Assembly (NCBI RefSeq): GCF_000195975.1
Contig: NC_005070.1
Span: forward strand, 570,001-602,000
DNA: 32,000 bases
From: Parasynechococcus marenigrum WH 8102
GTDB taxonomy: Bacteria; Cyanobacteriota; Cyanobacteriia; PCC-6307; Cyanobiaceae
Direction: 5' to 3'
Position numbers and translations under genes: made by a program. Below are positions 8,455 to 18,889 of this stretch, one piece after another; the first letter of the stretch is position 1; every line of letters starts with the position of its first letter. The notes below the pieces were generated by a model. The model saw nothing but the letters and a program-made list of their open reading frames with translations. It made no database searches and was not told the DNA's origin.

Positions 8455-11400
8455 TTAGGTGGTGAGTTTGCGGCGCTGGGTGACCATCTTGAAGGCCTCA
8501 ATCCGGTCGCCGTCTTCCCAGTTGGCAAAGCGATCGGTGCCGACACCACACTCGAAGCCGGTGGCCACCTCCTTGACGTCGTCCTTGTTGCGGCGCAACG
8601 AGTCGAGGTCGCCGTCGTACACCACCTGGGAGCCGCGATGGACACGCACCTTGCAGTTGCGTTGCAACTTGCCGGTGGTGACGTAGCAGCCCGCAACAGC
8701 GCTCTTACCAATGGTAAACACCGCCCGCACTTCGGCTTCGCCGAGGGCTTCCTCCACCAGTTCGGGCTCCAACAAGCCCTCCATCGCCAACTGGATGTCC
8801 TCCAGCAGCTTGTAGATCACGTCGTAATCGCGCACATCCACGCCGGTGGCATCTGCTGCCTTCTTGGCGCCCGAGGCCATCGAGGTGTTGAAGCCAACGA
8901 TCACGGCGCCGGAGGCGGCCGCCAGGTCGACGTCTGTTTCGGTGACCTCACCCGGTGCCGAGAGCAGCACACGAACCTGGACCTCGTCCTTGGGCAATTG
9001 TTCAAGGGAGCCAAGGATTGCTTCCACAGAGCCCTGGACATCCGCCTTCAGGATCAAGTTCAGCTCCTTCAGCTCGCCTTCATTGGCCTGACCTGACATC
9101 GCTGTGAGCGACACCCGGCGCGAGGCCATCTGCTGCGCCAGGCGTGTGGCGCGTGCATCCGACGCACGATCTCCCACAACAGCCCGTGCCGATTTCTCGT
9201 CGGGATACACCTCGAATTCGTCGCCAGCGGTCGGAACCTCGCTGAAACCGAGAGCCTCAACGGCAAACGAAGGACCAGCCTCTTTGAGACGTTGGCGGTT
9301 GTCGTCGACCATGGCTCGCACCTTGCCAAGCACCGGCCCGGCCGCCACGACATCGCCGGTCTTGAGGGTGCCGTTCTGCACCAGCAGTGTGGCCACAGGA
9401 CCCTTGGCCTTGTCGAGGTGAGCCTCGATCACAGTGCCGCGGGCCAGGCGATCCGGATTGGCCTGCAGGTCTTCCACTTCGGTGACCAGCAGGAGCATCT
9501 CCAGCAACTTGTCGATGTTCTCGCCCTTGATGGCGCTCACCGGCACCATCACCACATCGCCGCCCCAGTCTTCCGCCAGAAGGTTCTGCTCGGACAGCTC
9601 CTGCTTCACCCGGTCAGGGGAAGCCCCTTCCTTATCGATTTTGTTGATCGCTACCACAATCGGTACCTCTGCAGCCCTGGCGTGGCTGATGGCTTCCAGC
9701 GTCTGGGGACGCACGCCGTCGTCAGCGGCGACTACCAGAACGGCCACATCCGTCACCTTGGTGCCGCGGGCCCGCATGGCCGTGAAGGCTTCGTGGCCCG
9801 GGGTGTCGAGGAAGGTGAGCTTGCGCGCTTCGTCGTTGTGGTCGATCTCGACCTGATAAGCACCGATGTGCTGGGTGATGCCGCCGGCCTCGCCGGCAGC
9901 CACCCGCGCCTTGCGGATCGCATCGAGAAGGCTCGTTTTGCCGTGGTCGACGTGACCCATGACCGTGACCACGGGTGGACGACGGATGAGGTGTTCCTTG
10001 TCGGCCTCTTCGATCATCTCGACGGTCTTTTTGGCCGCCTCCTCCACGTCGTCCTGGAGCACCGGCACGCCGAATTCTTCGGCCACCGTCTCGATGGTGT
10101 TCATGTCCAGGGTCTGGGTGACCGTGGCAATGATTCCCTTGAAGAACAGAGATTTGATGATCTCGGAGCTTTCGACACTGAGCATGTCGGCGAGCTCCTG
10201 CACCGTGAGGTTGTCCTCCGGAACGATGAGCATTTCCGGCCGCACCTGCTTGGCCTCGCGGGCAGCGCGCAGTTCCATCGCCCGACGCCGCTGGCGTTGA
10301 CGGGTGGTTTCCTTCTTCCGCTTCCGCATCGCCGCCATCGGCTTGGGAGCGGCCTTTCTCTGCGACTTCGGCTTGGCGGGGCGAGCCAGGCTGGCGGACA
10401 GGACCATGGCTTGCTGTTCGCCGGCGAATCCTCCGGTTTCAGCGGTCAGCGCATCGTCGTTCTCGCCGATGATGTGGACCTTCTGGCGCTGCTTCTGTGG
10501 CGAACGGCTGCGCAGGGCTTCCAGCTTGGCGCTGTCATCCCAGTCCGGACGTCCAGGCGGCGTTGACCGCCGGGGGCACCGGGACGGAAACCCCCCGGGC
10601 GACGCGGTGCGGTTGGGGGTGTGGGCCGGGCCACCGGTGGCGTGGCAGTTCCGGCACCGTCGCCAGCTTTGGTGGGGGCATCGGGTCGGCGGGGGGCAGG
10701 CGCCGCGGGGCGTCCAACGGGCTTCTGAAGTTGCATGAGCTCGCCCGGTGCCACGGGTTTGCGCATGCCGCTTGGCATGCCAGGGCGTTGCGGGCTACCG
10801 GCACCGGGGCGTGTTGGTGGGGCCGGACGACCGCCGCTTCCAGTGGAACTGCCGTCCCGGCGGATGGGCTTGCCCACCAGCTCCAGGGTGTTGCCGCCGC
10901 TGCGGGCCGGAGCGCCGGGTCGTGTCGGACGCCCAGGACTGCCGGGACGCTGAGGGACACCGGTTCCGGGGCGTTGCGGTGCACCAGCTCCACTGCGGGT
11001 GGGTGCACCGGTGCCTGGACGTCGTGGAACAGGCTTGCCCACCAGCTCAGGGCGAGGTGTGGGGCGCGTGGGTGGCCCCGCTTTGACGGGTGCTCCTGGA
11101 CGCGCTGGTGCTGGAGCCCCTGGACGGGTTGGAGCACCGGGGCGAGGTGCTGATCCGGGGCGGGAAACGATCTGTGGCTTCTGGCCAGCGCCTGGCGTTG
11201 GGCGGCTGGGGGCAGCTGCAGGCCGAGGTTTGGGTTGATCGGCTGAGGGACGCGCGGGTGCTGGACGGGCCGGAGCCGGTCGTGCCGGGGCTGGTTTGGC
11301 GGCAGCGGGTTTTGCTGGCGCGGGTTTTGCGACCGTTGGCTTAGCAACCGTTGGCTTAGCAACCGTTGGCTTAGCAACCGTTGGCTTGACGACTGTTGGG

Positions 11401-11936
11401 CGAGCAGGTGGAGCCGTTGGTTTCGACGGCGCAGAAGCCGTGGCGGGCGTGGCCGGCTTCGGCTTGCTGACGACCTCAGGTTTGGCCGGCTGAGGACGCG
11501 GTGGCGGAGCGGCGGCAGGCCTCGGCACTGGTTTGGCCGGTGCTGCTGGGGCCGCTGCCCTCGCTGGTGCTGGACGGGCCGGTGCTGCTGGGGCTGCAGG
11601 CTTCGCTGGTGCTGCTGGCTTAGACGCTGATGCTGCAGGCTTGGCTGGTGTTGCGGGTTTCGCCTGAGCCGGTGCCGGTTTGGCGGGAGCCGCTTTTTTG
11701 ACCGACAGGATCGCCTTGCCAGGAGCTGGTTTGGCCGGTGCAGGGGCAGACGCTTTGCTGCCGTTGCCTTTCGACTTCAGCAGGCTGCGGATCTGTCCGG
11801 CTTCGGCGTCACTGATGGAGCTGCTGTGGCTCTTCGCTGCGATCGAAAGCTTCTCGGCCGCATCCAGCACGTCCTTGTTCTCAAGGCCCAGGTCCTTGGA
11901 CAACTCGTAAATTCTGACTTTGCCGCTGCTGGTCAT
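8455..11936 (-). CDS. infB: translation initiation factor IF-2, split into two ORFs by an apparent 1-nt frameshift near 10551-10562
   Basis: ORF 10446..11936 carries the IF-2 N-terminal domain ([30 protein letters not shown]) plus a long Pro/Ala-rich linker. ORF 8455..10407 carries the G domain ([21 protein letters not shown]) and C-terminal domains. The C-terminal frame reads as good protein upstream of its ATG ([49 protein letters not shown]), whereas the N-terminal frame degenerates after GGQRR. Confidence 0.9.
11326..11400 (-). repeat. 15-bp in-frame tandem repeat inside infB (PTVAK units)
   Basis: ttagcaaccgttggc occurs three times without mismatch at 11341-11385, flanked by one degenerate copy on each side. 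It encodes [22 protein letters not shown] in the IF-2 linker. Confidence 0.85.
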
Positions 11937-12005
11937 TCAGGTCGGATCTCCGGTCGGGCCGGGCACGGTGTGCCGCGGTGGCCACACGCAATGTGGAGCC
12001 AATGT

Positions 12006-12284
12006 TCAGTTTGCCTCAGCGGTCACGTCCGTTGCATTACGGAGCCGCTGTTCCAACGCTGCGAGGACGTCATCGGGCACCTGACATCGCAGGGCTTTCT
12101 GAAGTCGTTTGCGGCGCCTGGCCTCCTCGAGGCATGCCTCGCGTTGACAGAGGTAGGCCGATCGGCCCATCCCCCCGTCAACACGGACCCCATCCTGATG
12201 GTCTCGGATCACCCTCCAGAGGGAGCGGCGATCCAGAAGCTGGCGGCATGCCACACAACGACGCAGGATAGGGTGTTGACTCAC
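12006..12284 (-). CDS. ylxR: YlxR/RnpM family (DUF448) RNA-binding protein
   Basis: 92 aa with RRCVACR...GRSAYLC motifs. It occupies the canonical position between nusA and infB. Its GTG start overlaps the nusA stop (GTGA at 12281-12284). Confidence 0.85.
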   Translation of the reverse strand: MSQHPILRRCVACRQLLDRRSLWRVIRDHQDGVRVDGGMGRSAYLCQREACLEEARRRKRLQKALRCQVPDDVLAALEQRLRNATDVTAEAN

Positions 12285-13708
12285 CGGGCAACCTCGCCGT
12301 CGTCCTCAGGGGCAGGTTCCTCGCTGGTCGGCTCCTCTCCGGGCATCTCTTCAGAAGCGGTGGCCTCGGTTTGCTCGCTTTCGCCCAACTGGTCTCCCTC
12401 CACGTAATCCTCATCGTCTTCAGGCAGCGGATAGAGCTCCCGCAGGCGAGCATCTTCTTCGGCCCGTGCGGCCTGCTCAGCAGCCAGCCGTTCCTCCGCT
12501 TCCATCTGCAGCGCCTCTTCCTGTTCCCGTTGAGAGATCAGTTCGGCAACCACGGCGTCTTCCGCGGACTGGTCGTACTCGGTGGAGTTTTTGATGTCGA
12601 GTTTCCAGCCCGTCAACCGTGCCGCCAGCCGCACGTTCTGCCCTTCACGACCGATGGCCAGGCTGAGTTGGTCGGGGGGAACCAGCACATGGGCGTGCTG
12701 ACCGACAGGATCCACCAGGCGAACCATTTCAACCCGCGCCGGACTGAGGGAGTTGGCGATGTACTGGCCGGGGTCCTGGGACCAGCGGATCACATCGATC
12801 TTCTCGCCGCGCAGTTCGTTCACCACCTGCTGAATGCGTGAACCGCGGGCGCCGATGCAGGCACCCACTGGATCCACTTCCCGTTCGATGCTGTCCACCG
12901 CCACCTTGGTGCGGGGGCCGACGGACCGTGATGGTGGGTTGGCTTCCCTTGCCACCGCCACGATCCGGACCGATCCCTCCTGGATTTCGGGCACCTCGTT
13001 TTCAAAGAGGTAAACGACCAAACCCGCATTGGAGCGGCTGACGAAAAGCTGCGGGCCGCGCCGCGGCACCTCGCTCACCTCTTTGAGGAACACCTTGAAG
13101 GTGGCATTGGCGCGGTAGTTGTCGTTGGGTAGCTGATCGCGGCGAGGCAGTTCGGCTTCCACTTCAGGCCGGCCCAACCCTGAGCTCACGGCCATGATCA
13201 CGGATTGACGCTCAAACCGAATCACCCGTGCGGTCAGCACAGGGTCTTCCAGATCGGCGAACTCCTCCTGGATCATGCGGCGCTGTTGATCCCGCAGCTT
13301 CTGGGCCAGCACCTGCTTTGTGGTGGCAGCCGCCATGCGGCCGAAATCCTCCTTCTCCGGAGTGACGTCAAGCACCACGGTGTCGCCCTCCTGGGCGTCG
13401 TCCGCCACCTGCATCACCTCCTGCAGGGCGATCTGGTGGTCTTCGCTTTCCACCTCCTCCACGATGATTTTGCTCGCCAGAACCCGGTAGCCCTCTTCCT
13501 CCAGGTCGAGTCCGACATCGAAATTGCTGAAATACTCCTCGTCAAAGGGGTCTTCGCTGATGCCCAAATACATGGTGCGCCGATAACGCTCATAGCCCTT
13601 CAGCAGGGCTTCGCGCAGGGCTGCTTCCACCACCTGAGGCGGCAACTTCTTCTCTTCGCTGATGTCGTCGATCAGGTTGCTGAGGCCTGGAAGCAGAACG
13701 AGAGCCAT
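12281..13708 (-). CDS. nusA: transcription termination/antitermination factor NusA
   Basis: 475 aa with full-length NusA similarity: N-terminal domain, S1 domain, KH domains ([24 protein letters not shown]), and an acidic C-terminal tail. Confidence 0.95.
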   Translation of the reverse strand: MALVLLPGLSNLIDDISEEKKLPPQVVEAALREALLKGYERYRRTMYLGISEDPFDEEYFSNFDVGLDLEEEGYRVLASKIIVEEVESEDHQIALQEVMQVADDAQEGDTVVLDVTPEKEDFGRMAAATTKQVLAQKLRDQQRRMIQEEFADLEDPVLTARVIRFERQSVIMAVSSGLGRPEVEAELPRRDQLPNDNYRANATFKVFLKEVSEVPRRGPQLFVSRSNAGLVVYLFENEVPEIQEGSVRIVAVAREANPPSRSVGPRTKVAVDSIEREVDPVGACIGARGSRIQQVVNELRGEKIDVIRWSQDPGQYIANSLSPARVEMVRLVDPVGQHAHVLVPPDQLSLAIGREGQNVRLAARLTGWKLDIKNSTEYDQSAEDAVVAELISQREQEEALQMEAEERLAAEQAARAEEDARLRELYPLPEDDEDYVEGDQLGESEQTEATASEEMPGEEPTSEEPAPEDDGEVAR

Positions 13709-13754
13709 TGGGTCGAGGTGTCAGAGGTGATGAAAAGCTGTTCGGTTCGACTGG

Positions 13755-14255
13755 TTACGAGCCGGGACTTGTGAGGCGGACACTGAGCACGTGATCGCGG
13801 GGCAGGCGTTTGATCCGGCCGCGGATGTTGATCTGCAGCGTGTCCTCGTCTCGCTCCAGCAGCAGCCCTTCCAGCCGCTGTTCCGTGTCATCCCTGTCGC
13901 GATGCACGACTTCCACGGGGAAACCCCGGAAGGTCTGGAAGTCGCGATCGCTGGACAGAGTCTCCCCGATCCCGGGACTGCTGATCTCCAGAACATAGGC
14001 CTCGGTCAGCAGCTGGGCGCTCTCAAGGGCCTCTCCAAGGGTTCCACTGAAGCCGGCGCAATCATCCATGTTGACGTCAACACCGTTGCTGCGGCGGATG
14101 TGGACCTCCAACGTCATCGGGGCCAGATGCGTGAGCAGCTGGATGCCGCAGAGTTCAAAGCCCTGATCTGCGGCCACGGATGTGGCCAGGGTCTCGAGTT
14201 CAGGAAGCAGGGGATGCGGCAATGGAAACTGAGGTCGGGCCAGCCCGACGTGCAT
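13755..14255 (-). CDS. rimP: ribosome maturation factor RimP
   Basis: 166 aa with an EISSPGI motif typical of RimP, located directly upstream of nusA. Confidence 0.88.
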   Translation of the reverse strand: MHVGLARPQFPLPHPLLPELETLATSVAADQGFELCGIQLLTHLAPMTLEVHIRRSNGVDVNMDDCAGFSGTLGEALESAQLLTEAYVLEISSPGIGETLSSDRDFQTFRGFPVEVVHRDRDDTEQRLEGLLLERDEDTLQINIRGRIKRLPRDHVLSVRLTSPGS

Positions 14256-14328
14256 TCAGTTGTGGCCGATCTCCCTCGGGAGCTGCGCGTCGGACACAAA
14301 TTCAATGTATCCGACGGCCTGACGAACG

Positions 14329-14586
14329 TCAGCTCTTCGGCAGGTCAATGGATGGTGCATCGGGGAAGGCGTCACCCTTCTGCTCAACACCCCTAAGCTC
14401 GGGATCCTGATTGATGCACTGGCGATGTTGATCAGGCGTTTTAAGGTACTGGCAGACCCGGCTCCAAAGCTTGCTGCGGGTCCCTTTCGGACCATTGCTG
14501 AACTGAACGGCATCCAGCGTTCCGCCATTGGATTCAATCGACACCTGGCAGAGAGGGCAGCGAAGGATCTCCGGTGTGGCGGTCAC
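14329..14586 (-). CDS. small hypothetical 4-Cys (zinc-ribbon-like) protein
   Basis: 85-aa ATG ORF with CPLC near the N-terminus and C-x12-C (CQYLKTPDQHRQC) later. It lies 73 nt upstream of rimP on the same strand. No family was recognised. Confidence 0.45.
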   Translation of the reverse strand: MTATPEILRCPLCQVSIESNGGTLDAVQFSNGPKGTRSKLWSRVCQYLKTPDQHRQCINQDPELRGVEQKGDAFPDAPSIDLPKS

Positions 14587-14604
14587 GGTTCAATGGCAAA
14601 GCAC

Positions 14605-14630
14605 GACGGGACACTAATCAGTGCCCCGTC
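14605..14630 (-). terminator. terminator-like hairpin downstream of the RiPP cassette
   Basis: Minus strand GACGGGGCAC-TGATTA-GTGTCCCGTC forms a 10-bp stem with one mismatch, followed by GTGCTTTGCC, a weak U tract. It begins 16 nt after the stop of the 14646..15113 gene. Confidence 0.3.
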
Positions 14631-14645
14631 TGTTGCGCTGGTTAA

Positions 14646-15113
14646 TCAGTTGCAACCTTGAACGGAAATGCGGTAACTAAAACCAGTGGCTTTCGGGTCT
14701 TTGTTGGCCCCAATTTTGAAGTTCACCTGGCTGATGCTTTTGCCCTGAACCTGTGAAAAGGGCCCGAACATGCGGCCGGTGCCCAGTGGAGGCTGCAGCT
14801 GCTCATCCACAACCTTGAGGTTGCTGCCGTCACTGAATTTGAGGAAGACTTCGATCGGGTAGCTGGTGGAGTCGCTGGAATCGGCGGTGAAGAACAGCTT
14901 GAAGCTGCTGTAGGGCCGGTCCACCACGAAATCGGTGTTCCAGTTTGTGCGTCCGACTGTGTTTCCGATCAAACCCTTGGGGCGCTGCACTTTCTTTTTC
15001 ACGATGGCTTCGCCACCGCCAACGGGCTTGAGAAATGTGCAGGCCGCTTCTGAGGTGACGGGAGCCAGCAGCAGCAGAGCAGTGCCGCTGAGCAGTGAGA
15101 TCAAGCGAGACAT
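14646..15113 (-). CDS. secreted hypothetical protein co-oriented with and 8 nt downstream of the radical SAM maturase
   Basis: The ATG at 15113 gives MSRLISLLSGTALLLLAPVTSEA/ACTF, a Sec signal with an AXA-like site. The mature part of about 130 aa has beta-strand-like composition, with Cys at mature position 2 and at the penultimate position (..VQGCN). The ORF-track extension to 15248 overlaps the maturase and is discounted. Confidence 0.6.
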   Translation of the reverse strand: MSRLISLLSGTALLLLAPVTSEAACTFLKPVGGGEAIVKKKVQRPKGLIGNTVGRTNWNTDFVVDRPYSSFKLFFTADSSDSTSYPIEVFLKFSDGSNLKVVDEQLQPPLGTGRMFGPFSQVQGKSISQVNFKIGANKDPKATGFSYRISVQGCN

Positions 15114-15121
15114 GGATCGAT

Positions 15122-16306
15122 TCAGTGGGTTGGTTGGTGGGTGAGCGGAGGTCCGGCTTCGAAGCGTTCCAACAGCACCTGAACAGGGATCTGGGTGCCG
15201 AAGCGGCAGGCGTTGGTCTCGCTGGAGGCGAGGCTGCCGTGTTCCCAAAATTTGTTGCTGCCGTTTCCGCCACCGCAGAGGCCGAAGTATTCACAGCCGT
15301 TGTGGCAGGTCTCCACACCGCGGCTCATGTTCGTGAAGAGGCGCTGGAACTGATCGGTCTGGGTGGACTCCACCAGGGACACGTCCTTCAGGTTTCCCAG
15401 GTTGAAGGTGCCGTAGCGATCGCTTGCTACCGACAGGAGCTCAGGGTCGAAGGTGGAGAAGTTGCCCTGCCAGTCGACGCTGAGGATGGAGAAGGGGCGG
15501 TTCAGTTCGTTCTGGGTCATGCGTTGGTTTCCCTGGATCAGGCTGATCACCTGCTGGAACTCGCGCAGAACCACGGGATAGCCGTCCTGTTCACTGAGGT
15601 GCCAGAAGGCCCTCAGAAAATCGCGGTACTTGGCTTCCATGGCTGAGCCCTGCATGGAGGAGCTGGTGTGAATGCCCTCCTGCTCTTCCACGTTGAAGCC
15701 GACATCGTTGATGCCGTGATCGCGGAAGAAGCGGTACATCAGCTCCGGCTGCTCCATGGCATCGGCGGTGAGCACCGAAATGCAGTGGAAGGGCACATTG
15801 TTGCGATGCAGAGCTTCAATCCCCTTCATCGCCAGGGCGTGGGAACCGCGCCCGTTGCGGAAGCGGCGGTGGGCGTCGTGAATCTCTTCAGGACCATCCA
15901 CGCTGATGCCCACCACGATGCGGTTGGGGTGGAAGCAATCGCACCAGGCGTCGTTGATCAGCGTGGCGTTGGTCTGCACGTGCTGGGTGAACTCCAGCCC
16001 TTCGGCACCACGCTCAGCAAGGCTGCACTGCAGGATTACCGTGGCCTCGTCGTACCACCCCGTGGGCAATGTGAGGGGTTCGCCGGCGTGCCACACCAGC
16101 GAAAACTCGGGGCCGGCGTAGGGGCTCTCGAGGATGCGCTGCACCAGTAAAGGCAACAGCTCGAGATAGAAGACCCGTTTCTTCTGCCGATCAGGCAGAT
16201 AGCAGTAGGAGCAATCGAGATTGCACAGCGAGGTGGATTGCACCACCACCAGACCGATGGGCCCGAACCGGTTGAGGTCGGGCCCAGATTTCAACGAACT
16301 GATCAC
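15122..16306 (-). CDS. grrM: radical SAM/SPASM peptide maturase, GrrM/OscB-type (cyclophane-forming)
   Basis: The CNLDCSYC radical SAM motif (Cx3Cx2C) lies at 16202-16225. The C-terminal Cys cluster CHNGCEYFGLC-x22-C is consistent with an auxiliary Fe-S (SPASM/twitch) domain. The gene is adjacent to a Gly-rich repeat precursor. I chose the GTG at 16306 as the start. It overlaps the precursor stop as GTGA and places the Cx3Cx2C about 28 aa from the N-terminus. Confidence 0.88.
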   Translation of the reverse strand: MISSLKSGPDLNRFGPIGLVVVQSTSLCNLDCSYCYLPDRQKKRVFYLELLPLLVQRILESPYAGPEFSLVWHAGEPLTLPTGWYDEATVILQCSLAERGAEGLEFTQHVQTNATLINDAWCDCFHPNRIVVGISVDGPEEIHDAHRRFRNGRGSHALAMKGIEALHRNNVPFHCISVLTADAMEQPELMYRFFRDHGINDVGFNVEEQEGIHTSSSMQGSAMEAKYRDFLRAFWHLSEQDGYPVVLREFQQVISLIQGNQRMTQNELNRPFSILSVDWQGNFSTFDPELLSVASDRYGTFNLGNLKDVSLVESTQTDQFQRLFTNMSRGVETCHNGCEYFGLCGGGNGSNKFWEHGSLASSETNACRFGTQIPVQVLLERFEAGPPLTHQPTH

Positions 16307-16710
16307 CAGTTGACGAATCCGCCGCCGCCGTTGCCCCAGGCACCGCCGCCGTTGCCCCAGGCACCGCCGCCGTTGCGCCAACCACCGTGGTAGCCGCCAT
16401 TCCCCCAGGTGTTACGGCTGTTGCTCCACTTATTACCGCCTTTGCCGTTCTTCCATTTTCCACTGCCGTAGCTGTTGCTGAATTTGTGGCCGCCGCCATT
16501 GCCCCACTTGCTCTTGGCCACCAGTTCACCGTCGTTGTCGATGGTCTTCAGCAGGGAGCTCCAATCACCGTTGCGAACGGAATCAATGCGGGCCTCGATG
16601 CTGTTGTTCAGCTGATCAGGTGAGCTGTACGTCGCGCTGGCTTCAGCGGTTTGGCAGAGAACGGCGCTGGAAGCAATGAGGGCCTGAAAAGCGATGAGCG
16701 AACGGTTCAT
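16303..16710 (-). CDS. grrA: rSAM-associated glycine-rich repeat RiPP precursor (GrrA/OscA-like)
   Basis: 135 aa from the ATG at 16710. It has a signal peptide MNRSLIAFQALIASSAVLCQTAEA, a leader-like region of about 44 aa, and a 67-aa core WGNGGGHKFSNSYGSGKWKNGKGGNKWSNSRNTWGNGGYHGGWRNGGGAWGNGGGAWGNGGGGFVNW. The core has nine (W/F)-X-N motifs. Confidence 0.85.
   Translation of the reverse strand: MNRSLIAFQALIASSAVLCQTAEASATYSSPDQLNNSIEARIDSVRNGDWSSLLKTIDNDGELVAKSKWGNGGGHKFSNSYGSGKWKNGKGGNKWSNSRNTWGNGGYHGGWRNGGGAWGNGGGAWGNGGGGFVNW
16322..16380 (-). repeat. 21-bp in-frame tandem repeat in the precursor core (WGNGGGA units)
   Basis: gttgccccaggcaccgccgcc at 16330-16350 is repeated exactly at 16351-16371, with partial copies on both sides. 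Confidence 0.8.
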
Positions 16711-16756
16711 GACAAAGGAAGAAGTGATGTTGAAAGGCTTGTGTCGAGGTGTTTGT

Positions 16757-18852
<2,096 letters not shown>

Positions 18853-18889
18853 AACCCTTGCTACGGTCGCGCCCAACCAATCCGGTTCG

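Noticed and set aside
9292-10566. 424-aa plus-strand ORF (and other plus ORFs across 8459-11493)
   Set aside because: These are antisense to infB with no recognisable motifs. They are GC3-driven absence of stops.
10535-11377. 280-aa minus-strand ORF in the third frame of the IF-2 linker
   Set aside because: It is an alternative reading of the Pro/Ala-rich repeat region. It ends at the TGA in ..TSGLG* and has no independent support.
15095-16150. 183-aa and 160-aa plus-strand ORFs
   Set aside because: These are antisense to the radical SAM maturase, whose frame carries the Cx3Cx2C and C-terminal Cys motifs.
16322-16380. Possible CRISPR or non-coding repeat array (also 11326-11400)
   Set aside because: The repeats are contiguous with no spacers, in frame, and encode Gly-rich (WGNGGGA) and PTVAK peptide units. 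No cas genes are present.
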